A DNA stretch of 64,000 nt from Candidatus Multivorans sp. (GCA_965220845.1 CBDCRA010000005.1:16-64015); one strand, 5' to 3'; positions 27,940 to 37,490 are shown, counted from the stretch's first letter. Translations and numbers: made by a program. The notes: generated from the sequence alone by a model not told the origin.

Positions 27940-30165
27940 ATGCGCCGGCCGTTAGGCCAGCTCCTCTTTGGCGGCCTGGCCCTGGTCCTTGCCGTTACGA
28001 CGCCGGCGTCGACGCCGGCCCAGGAAGAGCCGCCCGAGGCCGCCATGCAGCGCGCCCTGTCGGAGGCCGAGACCTCGCTCCGCCGCGACGAACCGCAGGC
28101 GGCCGAGAGCTGGTACCGGGAAGCGCTGCTCGAAGGCTGGCTGCTGCTCGGTGACCTGCACCGCGCCAACGGCGCCCCGGCCGAGGCGGAGACCGCCTAC
28201 GAACGGGCCCTCGTCTCCGCCCTCGAAGCGCGCCGCCCGCTGCTCGCCCTCGCCGAACTCGCGCTCGAGCGCGGCGATCCCGACGGCGCGGCGGACCACC
28301 TCCGGCGTCTGCTGGCGCGCAGTTCGGGAGACGGTCGCGCCGTGCGGCTCCTCGCCCGGGCCTTCAACGCGAGCGGACAGCCGGAGATGGCGGTGCAGCA
28401 GTTGGAGCGGGCCGTCGAGTCCACGCCGGAAGACGTGGAGACCCGCTTCGCGCTCGCCAGCGGCTACCTCCGCCTGGAGCGTCCGGAGGCCGCCGAGAAG
28501 CTCTTCCGGGACGTGGCCGCGGAGCGTCCGATTCCGCAGACCTGGATTCTGATCGGCCGGACCTACCGCGACTACGGGGAGTACGGGAAGGCCCGCGAGG
28601 CGCTCGAGCGGGCCATCGAGGACGACCCGCGGGTGCCGCGGGCCCGCTTCTACCTGGGGACCGTGGAGCTCCTCGACCGGGGCCGGGGCGCCGTCGAGGA
28701 GGCCATCGACCAGTTCAAGGAGGAACGCCGCATCTCGCCCGAGGATCCGGTGAACCACCTCTACCTGGGAATGGTGCTGGTCGATGCCCGGCGCTTCGAG
28801 GAGGCGCTGGCCTCGCTGGAGATCGCGGTGGAGTCTCAGTCCACCCGACCCAACGCCCTGCATCATCTGGGCCGCGCTCTGCTCGGACTCGATCGGCCGG
28901 CGGAAGCAGCGACCGCGCTCGAGCGCGCCATCGATCTGGCGGAAGGCGGGTACGGGAGCTCGTTCAACGCCAACCAGATGGAGAGCCTCCACTACCAGCT
29001 CGCCCTAGCGCTCCGCCGCACCGGCGACGAGGCGCGGGCGCTGCCTCACTTCGAGGGCGCCGAGCGCTTCTCGGTGGCCCTGGCCCAGACCTCGCGCGAC
29101 CGCATGTCGAACTACCTGGACGGCCACGGCAAGGAACCGTCGGCCGGGGTCGTCGGCTTGTCCGTCTTCAGCGAGACGCCGGTTTCCGGCCTGTCGCCGG
29201 AGGTTCGGGCACAACTCGTGCGAACGGCGCGAACGACTCTCGCCCGCGCCTCGTTCAATCTCGGCGTGATGGCGACCCAGGCCCGGCGCTTCACCCGGGC
29301 CGCGGGTCATTTCGAGCAGGCCGCCTCGGTCGATCCGGCCTTCCCGAGGGTCCAGTACTCGCTGGGCGTCGCCCGCTTCAACGCCGGGCAGTTCGAGCAG
29401 GCGACCTCGCCGCTGTCTGCGGCGCTGGAGCTCCAGCCAGACGACCCCGCGCTGCGACGGATGCTCGCGCTGGCTTGGCTCAATGCCGAGGCCTACGATC
29501 GCGCGGCGGAGCTCCTGGCTACCGATCCGGCCCGCGCGGCCGACCGTTCGCTTCAGTACGCCTACGGCCTGGCCCTTGTCCGGAGCGGCCGGAGCGTCGA
29601 GGCGCAACCGATTTTCGACCGCCTGCTCGACGAGCACGCCGACTGGCCCGAACTCAACGTGCTGCTCGGCCAGGCGGCGGCCCAGGAAGGCGACTTCGAC
29701 GCGGCGGTGGAGCACCTGGAGCGCGCCATCGAACTTCGGCCCGGCGTCGCCGAGGCGCAGGCCACGCTCGGCAACATCTATCTCCGCCAGGGCCGCCTCG
29801 AGGAAGCCGGCGCCGCGCTGCGCGCCGAACTGGCCTCCCATCCCGCCGACCACCAGTCGCGCTACGTGCTGGCCACCGTGCTGGAGCTCGACAACCAGCC
29901 CCAGGCCGCGTTGCGCGAAGTGGAACTCGTCCTCGACGCCGAACCCGACTTCGCCGACGCCCGCTACCTCCGCGGCAAGATCCTGCTCGAGGACGGCCGG
30001 GTCGACGAGGCCGCCGCGCAGTTGCTCGCGGCCGCGGAACTGGCGCCGGAAGATCCCAACATCCGCAACCAGCTCGGCCTGGCCTACCAGAAGCTCGGAG
30101 ACCGCGAGAAGGCCCGAGAGCAATTCGAGATCTTCCAGCGACTCAAGGGAAGGTCCGACCAGTGA
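27940..30165 (+). CDS. Tetratricopeptide-repeat protein, secreted
   Basis: 741 aa from ATG 27940 (MRRPLGQLLFGGLALVLAVTTPASTPAQ). Many 34-residue A/L/E/R-rich TPR units. The track ORF at 26968 is an out-of-frame overlap. Confidence 0.8.
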   Translation: MRRPLGQLLFGGLALVLAVTTPASTPAQEEPPEAAMQRALSEAETSLRRDEPQAAESWYREALLEGWLLLGDLHRANGAPAEAETAYERALVSALEARRPLLALAELALERGDPDGAADHLRRLLARSSGDGRAVRLLARAFNASGQPEMAVQQLERAVESTPEDVETRFALASGYLRLERPEAAEKLFRDVAAERPIPQTWILIGRTYRDYGEYGKAREALERAIEDDPRVPRARFYLGTVELLDRGRGAVEEAIDQFKEERRISPEDPVNHLYLGMVLVDARRFEEALASLEIAVESQSTRPNALHHLGRALLGLDRPAEAATALERAIDLAEGGYGSSFNANQMESLHYQLALALRRTGDEARALPHFEGAERFSVALAQTSRDRMSNYLDGHGKEPSAGVVGLSVFSETPVSGLSPEVRAQLVRTARTTLARASFNLGVMATQARRFTRAAGHFEQAASVDPAFPRVQYSLGVARFNAGQFEQATSPLSAALELQPDDPALRRMLALAWLNAEAYDRAAELLATDPARAADRSLQYAYGLALVRSGRSVEAQPIFDRLLDEHADWPELNVLLGQAAAQEGDFDAAVEHLERAIELRPGVAEAQATLGNIYLRQGRLEEAGAALRAELASHPADHQSRYVLATVLELDNQPQAALREVELVLDAEPDFADARYLRGKILLEDGRVDEAAAQLLAAAELAPEDPNIRNQLGLAYQKLGDREKAREQFEIFQRLKGRSDQ

Positions 30166-30172
30166 ACTTCCG

Positions 30173-30246
30173 CTGGGTGCGCGGGTCCTCTGACCCGCCG
30201 GGTGCACGCGTCTTCGTCCGCTGGGTGCGCGGGTCTTCTGACCCGC
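30173..30246 (+). repeat. REP-like repeat type B, two tandem units
   Basis: CTGGGTGCGCGGGTCCTCTGACCCGCC ... CTGGGTGCGCGGGTCTTCTGACCCGC. Each unit encodes W-V-R-G-S-S-D-P in the reading frame of the downstream TPR gene. Confidence 0.8.
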
Positions 30247-31148
30247 TGCCGCCGAAGGCGGCCAGAAAGCGCGCCGGCCGAAGGCCGCCTCCTCTCTTCT
30301 GCTCGGCGCTCTTCCTGCTCCTCGTTGCGACAACAGCTCTCACAGCCCAGCCCGAAGCCGCCGCGACCGAGTCCGTCCGCCACCTCCTCGACCAGGCCCG
30401 CACCCTCGCCGGCCGCAACCAAGCCGAAGCCGCCGCCGAAGCACTCGGCCGGGCCATCTCCCTGGCCCCCAACTCCGAGGACGTCCTCAACGCCTACGCT
30501 CGCTTCTCCCTCGCCCGGAGCAACCCGATCCAGGCGATCCTGGCGCTCGAGCCGCTGGCTCGCATGCACCCCGGAGAGGCGGAGTACGCCTACCTGCTCG
30601 GCGTGGCCCGCATGCAGGTAGGCGAGATGGCGCAAGCGGCCGAGGTACTCCACGAGGCGGCAGACCTGGATCCGCGTCGAGCCCTGACCCACATCGGCCT
30701 CGGGCTGGCCCTCAACCGCGTGGACCGCTTCGACGAGGCCCGGGAAGCCCTGGCCGCGGCGCTGCGGCTGGAGCCCGGCAACGTCGAGGCGCTGGCCGCC
30801 CTGTCCGAGGCCGTCGAGGGACTCGGCGACCTGGAAGAAGCGACCGGACTCGCGGAACGGGCGCTGGCGGTCAATCCCGATCACCCGACAGCGCTGGTGA
30901 CGATCGGAACCGCGCGCGTGAAGGAAGGTCGCTTCGAGGAGGCCCGGGACGCGCTCACTCGAGCGGTCGCCGTCGAGACCCAGTCGATCAAGGGGCACTA
31001 CCAGCTCAGCCTCGCGCTTGCCCGCCTCGGCGACCGCGAGGGGGCGGAGCGCCACTTGCAGTTCTCCCGCGAGGCCCAGGCCGCGATCGAACAGCACATC
31101 GAGCGTCTGCGCGCCCAGCCGCCGCTCGGCTCAAGGACCGAACCTTGA
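30225..31148 (+). CDS. Tetratricopeptide-repeat protein (short), secreted
   Basis: GTG start inside the repeat (VRGSSDPLPPKAARKRAGRRPPPLFCSALFLLLVATTALTAQ is a signal peptide), then TPR units. The start could also be GTG 30179. The track ORF at 29475 overlaps the upstream gene. Confidence 0.65.
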   Translation: MRGSSDPLPPKAARKRAGRRPPPLFCSALFLLLVATTALTAQPEAAATESVRHLLDQARTLAGRNQAEAAAEALGRAISLAPNSEDVLNAYARFSLARSNPIQAILALEPLARMHPGEAEYAYLLGVARMQVGEMAQAAEVLHEAADLDPRRALTHIGLGLALNRVDRFDEAREALAAALRLEPGNVEALAALSEAVEGLGDLEEATGLAERALAVNPDHPTALVTIGTARVKEGRFEEARDALTRAVAVETQSIKGHYQLSLALARLGDREGAERHLQFSREAQAAIEQHIERLRAQPPLGSRTEP

Positions 31149-32941
31149 ACGGAGCCCGCGTACAAGGAACTCGACCGGTAGCCACTGGGTGCGCCGACGC
31201 CCCAGGAACTCGGCCGGCAGCCACTGGGTGCGCCGGCGCCCCCGCCGGCATCCGGCGCGTCAGCGCCGGCCTCCGGAATCCCGCCGCGGCAGCCACGATC
31301 GTGCTCCTCGTCTGGCCCATGTCGGCGCGCGCCCAGCCCACCGGCGACGCGCCCCTCTTCCGCGACGTCACCGAGTCCACCGGCATCACCTTCCGCCACA
31401 ACTCCGCGCCCGAGAAGAAGTACATCGTCGAGTCGATGAGCGGCGGCGTCGGGCTCTTCGACTTCGACCGCGACGGCCTGCTCGACATCTACTTCGTCAA
31501 CTCCCTCACGGTCGACACCGCGAACGACCCGGAGTCGTCGGACAGCGCGCTCTACCGCAACCTCGGCGACGGCACGTTCAGGGACGTGGCCCCCGAGGCC
31601 GGCGTCGCCCACCCCGGCTGGGGAATGGGCCTGTGCATCGCCGACGTCGACGGCGACGGCTGGCAGGACCTCTACGTGACCGGCATCGGCCGGAACCGGC
31701 TCTACCGCAACTCGGGCGAGGGCACGTTCACCGACGTGGCGACGGAACTCGGCGTCGCGGCCTCGGGCTGGTCGGCGGGCTGCGGCTTCGCCGACTACGA
31801 CCGCGACGGCGATCTCGACCTGTTCGTGAGCCGCTACGTGGAGTTCGATCTCGACAACCTGCCGGAGTTCGGCAGCGGCAAGACCTGCGAGTACCGCGGC
31901 GTCGCCGTCCAGTGCGGACCGCGCGGCCTGCCGGGCACCTCCGACCTCCTGTTCCGCCAGGAAGAGGACGGCGCCTTCACCGAGGTCGGCGAGGAGGCCG
32001 GGGTTCGCGATCCGGACGGCTACTTCGGCCTCGGCATCGCCTGGGTCGATGTGGACGGCGACGGCTGGCTCGACCTCTACGTCGCTAACGACTCGACCCC
32101 CAACTACCTCTACATGAACCGCAAGGACGGCACCTTCGAGGAGTCGGGCTTCTTCATGGGCGTCGCGGTGAGCGAGGACGGCGGCGAGCAGGGAGGCATG
32201 GGCGTCGCGGTCGGCGACTACGACGGCAGCGGCCGGCTGAGCCTGTTCGTCAGCAACTTCGCCGAGGAGTACAACGCGCTTTACCGCAACGAAGGCGAAT
32301 ACTCGAGCGACGCCTCCTTCCGCTCGAGGACGGGCGCGTCGAGCCTGCCCTACGTCGGCTGGGGGACCGCGTTCTTCGACTACGACAACGACGGCTGGGA
32401 GGACCTGGTCGTGGTGAACGGCCATGTGTACCCCCAGCTCGACGGTGCCCGGCTCGGCGCTTCGGCGGGGTACCGCCAGCGCAAGCTGCTCTACCGCAAC
32501 CTGGGCGACGGCACCTTCGAAGAGGTGGCGGAGCGCGGCGGTCCGGCCTTCCTCGAACAGCGGGTCAGCCGCGGCCTGGCGATCGGCGACCTCGACAACG
32601 ACGGCCGGGTGGACCTGGTGATCAACGACCTCGACGGTTCACCGACGGTGCTGCGCAACGAGGCCGGCGGCGGCCACTGGCTGCAGGTCAGGCTGGAGGG
32701 CGCCGGCAGGAACACGGACGCGATCGGCGCGGTGATCCGGGTGACGGCTGGCGAGCGAAGCCAGATCCGCAACATCCGCAGCGGCACCAGCTACCTGTCC
32801 CAGGACGACTTCCGGCAGCACTTTGGTCTCGGCGACGCCGCCACCGTCGAGTCGGTCGTCGTGACCTGGCCCGACGGCTCGACGACGGAGCGGGAAGACG
32901 TCGCGGTCGACCAGCTACTGGTCATCGAGCAATCTCAGTAG
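31145..32941 (+). CDS. CRTAC1-family protein (FG-GAP/VCBS repeats + ASPIC/UnbV C-terminal domain), secreted
   Basis: Repeated DxDGDGxxDL(Y/F)V FG-GAP-like motifs (DFDRDGLLDIYFVN, DVDGDGWQDLYVTG, DYDRDGDLDLFVS, DVDGDGWLDLYVAND). C-terminal UnbV_ASPIC-like tail (VTWPDGSTTERE). Confidence 0.8.
   Translation: MNGARVQGTRPVATGCADAPGTRPAATGCAGAPAGIRRVSAGLRNPAAAATIVLLVWPMSARAQPTGDAPLFRDVTESTGITFRHNSAPEKKYIVESMSGGVGLFDFDRDGLLDIYFVNSLTVDTANDPESSDSALYRNLGDGTFRDVAPEAGVAHPGWGMGLCIADVDGDGWQDLYVTGIGRNRLYRNSGEGTFTDVATELGVAASGWSAGCGFADYDRDGDLDLFVSRYVEFDLDNLPEFGSGKTCEYRGVAVQCGPRGLPGTSDLLFRQEEDGAFTEVGEEAGVRDPDGYFGLGIAWVDVDGDGWLDLYVANDSTPNYLYMNRKDGTFEESGFFMGVAVSEDGGEQGGMGVAVGDYDGSGRLSLFVSNFAEEYNALYRNEGEYSSDASFRSRTGASSLPYVGWGTAFFDYDNDGWEDLVVVNGHVYPQLDGARLGASAGYRQRKLLYRNLGDGTFEEVAERGGPAFLEQRVSRGLAIGDLDNDGRVDLVINDLDGSPTVLRNEAGGGHWLQVRLEGAGRNTDAIGAVIRVTAGERSQIRNIRSGTSYLSQDDFRQHFGLGDAATVESVVVTWPDGSTTEREDVAVDQLLVIEQSQ
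31181..31255 (+). repeat. REP-like repeat type A-related, two half-units (GCCACTGGGTGCGCCG[A/G]CGCCCC ...)
   Basis: Shares the CCACTGGGTGCGCCGGCGCCCCCGCCGGC motif with 66-145 and 35789-35865. Confidence 0.7.
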
Positions 32942-33020
32942 AGAGTTCCGCCGCGACGACGCCTCCGCGGCCGCATGTCCGAGGATTGACGAGGTCTGCC
33001 ACCTGAAATACCATCTCGCC

Positions 33021-33287
33021 ATGCTCATTACCATCGACGGCGCGGGAAGGCTGGTCGTGCCGAAAGCCCTCAGAGAGCAGTTCAACCTGACTCCCGGGTG
33101 TGAGCTCACGATCGAAGCCGGTCCGAACGGGATCATCCTCCGCCGAACCGAAGTCGAGCCGGCCCTGGTTCGCAAGCAGGGGATTCTGATCCATCACGGG
33201 TCCCCGCGCGCGTCGGTGGACATCGGCGAGTTCGTCCGCGCCGAACGCAAGGCACGAAGCGCTCGCATCGCCCGCGACATCGGCTGA
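33021..33287 (+). CDS. vapB: AbrB/MazE-type (SpoVT_AbrB) antitoxin, VapB-like
   Basis: 88 aa. The swapped-hairpin motif (DGAGRLVVPKALREQFNL) is characteristic. Confidence 0.75.
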   Translation: MLITIDGAGRLVVPKALREQFNLTPGCELTIEAGPNGIILRRTEVEPALVRKQGILIHHGSPRASVDIGEFVRAERKARSARIARDIG

Positions 33288-33719
33288 GTGCGCACGCTGT
33301 TCGACACATCGGTGGTCGTCGCGGCCCTGGTGGATCAACTCGGTGCCCACGAAGCGGCCTTCCGCGAGTTCCGGCGCTGTTCGCATGGCGAGAACACGGG
33401 CTATTGCTCGACGCACGCGGTGGCGGAAACCTACGCGACGCTGACGGCCCTGCCGCTGCAACGGAGGATCTCGCCGGACGAGGCGCGACGGCTCATCGAA
33501 GGCACCGTGCTCGGCCGCCTGGCCGTGATTCCGCTCGACTCCGCCGACTACCGCGCGGCTCTACGCCAGGTCGCGAATCAGGGGCTGAGCAGCGGGGCAA
33601 TCTACGATGCTCTCCATGCCCAGTGTGCGCGCAAGGAAGGTGTCGACCAGATTCTCACGTACAACCTGTCCGATTTCGACCGGTTCGACCTCGACGGCAT
33701 CCTGGTCGCGTCGCCGTGA
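33288..33719 (+). CDS. vapC: PIN-domain ribonuclease toxin, VapC-like
   Basis: GTG start abuts the vapB stop. The N-terminal LFDTSVVVAAL with conserved acidic residues suits the PIN fold. Confidence 0.75.
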   Translation: MRTLFDTSVVVAALVDQLGAHEAAFREFRRCSHGENTGYCSTHAVAETYATLTALPLQRRISPDEARRLIEGTVLGRLAVIPLDSADYRAALRQVANQGLSSGAIYDALHAQCARKEGVDQILTYNLSDFDRFDLDGILVASP

Positions 33720-33738
33720 GGCACGCGGTGTACGACAA

Positions 33739-34791
33739 TCACCGGTCCCGCGACATCCATCGCTTGCCTGAGCTGTGCGGCGCGCTCTCAAGGCCGCGGT
33801 TGAAGCCCTTCGCCGCGTGCGGATAGTCCGGCCCCACGACACCCCCGGCGCATTCGCCGGCCGGCGGGATCACCCAGTCGCAGCCGGGCGTGTTCTCCGG
33901 ACCGTCCTCCCAGCACTGCCGTAGCGCCTCGAGGTCCGCCGCGAGTGAGCCCGGGTCGTGCGGCGGCATGTGCTCGTTCGGATCCCAGAAGTCGCCGGTG
34001 AACTCCTCCAGCGTCTCCATGGCCATCCGGTGGCAGCCGAGGCAGCCGTTGCCCTCGATGTGGATCGTCCGCATGTCCCAGTCCGGCGCGCCCACGACGT
34101 AGTAGGGCGGGTTTGGGCCCGGCAGGACGGGGACCACGGGCCGTCGCGGGTTCTCGGGAAGCCGCGCGGACTTGATCCACGGGTTGTGGATGAACGGGTC
34201 CGCCTGGTGGCAGCGTACGCACTGGATGTCTCCGGCCGGCATGTACGCGTCGTCGAACTCCGGATCGTCCGGGCCCGGCAGCACGCCGAGCAGCCGGTTG
34301 TTCTCGCCGACGGAGGTCCAGGGGCTGTTGTCGCCGGACTCGAAGAAGCAGGTGGCGCCCGTCTCATAGTTGTAGCCGATCATCTGGACCGAGTCGCCGA
34401 TGTCCACGTTGAAGACGTCGTCACGGCCGTCGTGGCGGCAGAAGCTCACCCAGACGACCTCGGAACGCGGCGAGCCGTCCGCGTTCCTGCCCGCGTGGCG
34501 TTGCAGGCTCGAGCCGGGCATGCAGTCGCCGATCTGGAGACTTCCGTCGTCGCATTGGTGCAGCCCCGGGTCCTCGAAGATCTCCTCGCCGTCCTGCCGG
34601 ATGCGGATGCGCGCCCCCTGGCTGCAGTCGACCGTCGGCGCCACGCCGAGGTGCGGCTCGCACATCGCCGCGTAGGCGCGGGCGCTCTTCGGCATCGGTG
34701 GGTTCGCGCCCTCGGGGACGCACTGTTCCGCGGACTGGCCCTGCGCAAGGCCCGGGCCGACGATGAGAAGCAGGGCGGTGAGTGCTCGCAC
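33739..34791 (-). CDS. Secreted Cys-rich protein with two CxxCH haem c-binding motifs (putative dihaem c-type cytochrome)
   Basis: Signal peptide MRALTALLLIVGPGLAQG. CVRCH and CLGCH motifs. No confident family assignment. Confidence 0.5.
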   Translation of the reverse strand: MRALTALLLIVGPGLAQGQSAEQCVPEGANPPMPKSARAYAAMCEPHLGVAPTVDCSQGARIRIRQDGEEIFEDPGLHQCDDGSLQIGDCMPGSSLQRHAGRNADGSPRSEVVWVSFCRHDGRDDVFNVDIGDSVQMIGYNYETGATCFFESGDNSPWTSVGENNRLLGVLPGPDDPEFDDAYMPAGDIQCVRCHQADPFIHNPWIKSARLPENPRRPVVPVLPGPNPPYYVVGAPDWDMRTIHIEGNGCLGCHRMAMETLEEFTGDFWDPNEHMPPHDPGSLAADLEALRQCWEDGPENTPGCDWVIPPAGECAGGVVGPDYPHAAKGFNRGLESAPHSSGKRWMSRDR

Positions 34792-34794
34792 GCC

Positions 34795-35709
34795 CTACAT
34801 CTCCAGCGCGACTTCCTTCTTCGCGTTCGACTCCAGCGACTGGACCTTGCGCTTCAGGTACTTGTTGAGCTGCCGGTCGTAGCGGCTCGTCGCGCCGGCG
34901 TGGCGGGCTCGCACGTAGGGCTCCCAGCGGGCTTCGCCGGCCGCCTCGACCTGGTCGCCCATCACGGTGACGCGCTGGATGATGCGCTCCTCGTTGAAGT
35001 CATTCAGCACGAAGTGCTGCGTGCAGCGGTTGTCCCACATGGCGAGCGTGCCCTGCCGCCAGCGGTAACGAACGGTGAAGCGCGTGTTCGTCGCCCAGCG
35101 GGTCAGGTAGCCGAGCAGGTGGTCGCTCTCCTCGTGGCTGAGCTCGACGATGCGGCGGGTGAAGTGCTCGTTGACGAACAGCGACTTGCGGCCGGTATCC
35201 GGATGGACGCGGACGACCGGGTGGATCGTCATCTTCTCCGGCTTGCCGTGCGGCGTCGCGTCGTGCAGCGCGGTCAGCCCCTCGCAGAGCTCCTGCAGCG
35301 GCGCCGACAGCTCCTCGTAGGCCCTGTACATGTTGGCCCACATCGTGTCGCCGCCGACCTCCGGGCACTTCACCATGTTGAGGATCGCCATGACCGAGGG
35401 GCTTTCCTGGAAGCTGATGTCGCTGTGCCACTCGTCGGCGACGCCGCCGCGGGTCGCGACCAGCTCGAACACCTCCGGATGGTCCAGGAACGGGTTGTTC
35501 AGGTGCGGGTGCCCCTCCAGCTCGCCGAAGTGCCGTCCGAAGGCGACGTGCTCCGCCACGTCCAGATGCTGGTCGGGAAAGAAGAGGACCTGATGGTCCA
35601 GCAACAGGCCGCGGATCGTTGCGGCCTCCTCGGGGCCGGCCTCCGCCAGCGGCAGATCGTGGACCTCGGCGCCGAGGGACCCGGAGAGACGGACGACTCG
35701 ATGGCTCAT
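34795..35709 (-). CDS. TauD/TfdA-family Fe(II)/2-oxoglutarate-dependent dioxygenase
   Basis: 305 aa from ATG 35709 (MSHRVVRLSGSLGAEVHDL...). HxD (WHSDISF) and TauD-like layout. The track start at 35910 is probably an over-extension. Confidence 0.8.
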   Translation of the reverse strand: MSHRVVRLSGSLGAEVHDLPLAEAGPEEAATIRGLLLDHQVLFFPDQHLDVAEHVAFGRHFGELEGHPHLNNPFLDHPEVFELVATRGGVADEWHSDISFQESPSVMAILNMVKCPEVGGDTMWANMYRAYEELSAPLQELCEGLTALHDATPHGKPEKMTIHPVVRVHPDTGRKSLFVNEHFTRRIVELSHEESDHLLGYLTRWATNTRFTVRYRWRQGTLAMWDNRCTQHFVLNDFNEERIIQRVTVMGDQVEAAGEARWEPYVRARHAGATSRYDRQLNKYLKRKVQSLESNAKKEVALEM

Positions 35710-35788
35710 GGGAGTTCTCCTGCGGTTTGGAGTAACGAGGCTATCTCTAACGAGCGGCTGTTGTGCCTCCGACAACGTCGACGGACCA

Positions 35789-35865
35789 CACTGGGTGCGC
35801 CGGCGTCCCCGCCGGCTGCCGCCGTAGGCGGCTTCAACACGCGCCGGCCGCAAGGCTGGCTCCGC
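35789..35865 (+). repeat. REP-like repeat type A, second full copy
   Basis: About 90% identical over about 77 nt to 66-145. Lies between the divergent tauD-like and ATPase genes. Confidence 0.8.
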
Positions 35866-35956
35866 TGCTTCGATGCCGTGCGTCGCTAGAATGTCATTTC
35901 GATGATCCAATCACCGATTTGACACAAGTGGCCCGGCGAAGCAGACTTCTCCTGCC

Positions 35957-37192
35957 ATGATCTCCCGCCACATCACCCCCGCGTTGAAGCGCGCCGCGGA
36001 GGACTATCCCGTCGTGACGCTGACCGGGCCGCGACAGTCGGGGAAGACGACCCTGGTGCGAGCCGTCTTCCCCGAGCACCGGTATCTGTCGCTTGAATCG
36101 CCGGACGTGCGCGCGCGGGCCCTCGCGGATCCGCGCGCCTTCCTGGCTCAGGCGGACCGCATGATCCTCGATGAGATCCAGCGAGCGCCCGAGCTGCTCT
36201 CGTACATACAGGGGCTCGTCGACGAGGACCTTCGCGGCGGCCGGTTCATCGTGACCGGGTCGCAGAACATCCTCCTTCTCAGGTCGGTTTCGCAGACGCT
36301 CGCGGGCCGGACGGCGTTGCTCGTCCTGCACCCGTTCTCGCTGGCGGAGCTGCGCGGCCTGCCGTCGCTTGAGCCGTTGAGCCTGGATCAGCCGGCGGCC
36401 GCGGACGGCCCCGGCGGGAGGAAGCCAGCCGGGGCCGGGCCGCTGACCGCCGATGCGCTCTGGGACACTCTGGTCACGGGCTTCTTTCCGCCGATCCATG
36501 ACCGCGGTGTCCCGGCCGGCGAGTGGTTGGCCGATTACTTCCGCACCTACGTCGAGCGCGATCTGCGTGAAGTGACGCAGGTGCTGGACCTGCGGCAGTT
36601 CGAGACGTTCATGCGGCTGGCGGCCGCGCGGACGGCATCCGAGCTCAACCTGAGCGGCCTGGCTGGCGACGTCGGCGTGACGCAGCAGACCGCTCGCCGC
36701 TGGTTCACCGCGCTCGAGATCGGTTACCTGGCGACCGCGCTTCCCCCGCATCACGCCAACTACCGGAAACGCCTGCGCAAACGCCCACGGCTGCACTTCC
36801 TCGATACGGGTCTGATCTGCTACCTGCTTGGCATTCGGGACGGCGTGACGCTGGAGAGCCACCCCCTGCGAGGCGCGATCTTCGAGTCCTTCGTCGTGGC
36901 GGAGCTCATCAAGGCCTTCTCGGCGACGCGCCGCGATTCGCCGCTGTTCTTCTGGCGAGATGCCGCCGGCCATGAGATCGATGTTCTTCTCGATGCCGGC
37001 GATCGCCTGATCCCGATCGAGGTCAAGTCGGGCCGCACCGTGGCCGCGGACGCTGTTGCAACCCTCGAATGGTGGACTTCGATTCCCGCCAATCCCAACC
37101 GGGGCGGCGTTTTGGTTCACGGTGGCGCCGACGGCTTCGACCTGAAGGGCTTCAGGGTTCTGCCGTGGTTTCTGACTACTGCAGGAGAGTGA
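35957..37192 (+). CDS. AAA+ ATPase with DUF4143-type C-terminal domain
   Basis: Walker A GPRQSGKTTL. 411 aa. Confidence 0.75.
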   Translation: MISRHITPALKRAAEDYPVVTLTGPRQSGKTTLVRAVFPEHRYLSLESPDVRARALADPRAFLAQADRMILDEIQRAPELLSYIQGLVDEDLRGGRFIVTGSQNILLLRSVSQTLAGRTALLVLHPFSLAELRGLPSLEPLSLDQPAAADGPGGRKPAGAGPLTADALWDTLVTGFFPPIHDRGVPAGEWLADYFRTYVERDLREVTQVLDLRQFETFMRLAAARTASELNLSGLAGDVGVTQQTARRWFTALEIGYLATALPPHHANYRKRLRKRPRLHFLDTGLICYLLGIRDGVTLESHPLRGAIFESFVVAELIKAFSATRRDSPLFFWRDAAGHEIDVLLDAGDRLIPIEVKSGRTVAADAVATLEWWTSIPANPNRGGVLVHGGADGFDLKGFRVLPWFLTTAGE

Positions 37193-37490
37193 ACCGCGCC
37201 ATCATGGCGACCAGCAGGGCCATGGCGGCCATCATCGAGCGGATGCACCACATCATCGCCGAGTACTCGGCGGCTTCGGCCCTTCGCTGTTCCTCCAATC
37301 GGCTGAGCACCAGCTCCTTGAGGCTCGCGATCTCGGCTAGAACCTCCCGGGTCGGATCGTCGATCTTCTGTGCCAGCAGATCCCTGGTCCTGCAGGTTCT
37401 CCGTCCGTTCATCGTCGCTGGATTCTACTTGCTCCATGGCCTCTGCCGTCCCCCGGCGCTCCTGTGCGCCCTGCGCCTAGACTGTCCGTC

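Noticed and set aside
26968-30165. 1065-aa ORF as a single gene; likewise 29475-31148
   Set aside because: Their N-terminal parts are alternative frames of the upstream VWFA and TPR genes. The real TPR genes start at 27940 and about 30225.
30173-30246. Tandem repeats considered as a CRISPR array
   Set aside because: Only two or three irregularly spaced units with no unique spacers of regular length, and no cas genes. They belong to the dispersed REP-like family.
37176-37412. 78-aa - strand ORF, hydrophobic at the C-terminus
   Set aside because: Overlaps the 3' end of the ATPase gene and has no supporting signals. Most likely spurious, though a small membrane protein cannot be excluded.
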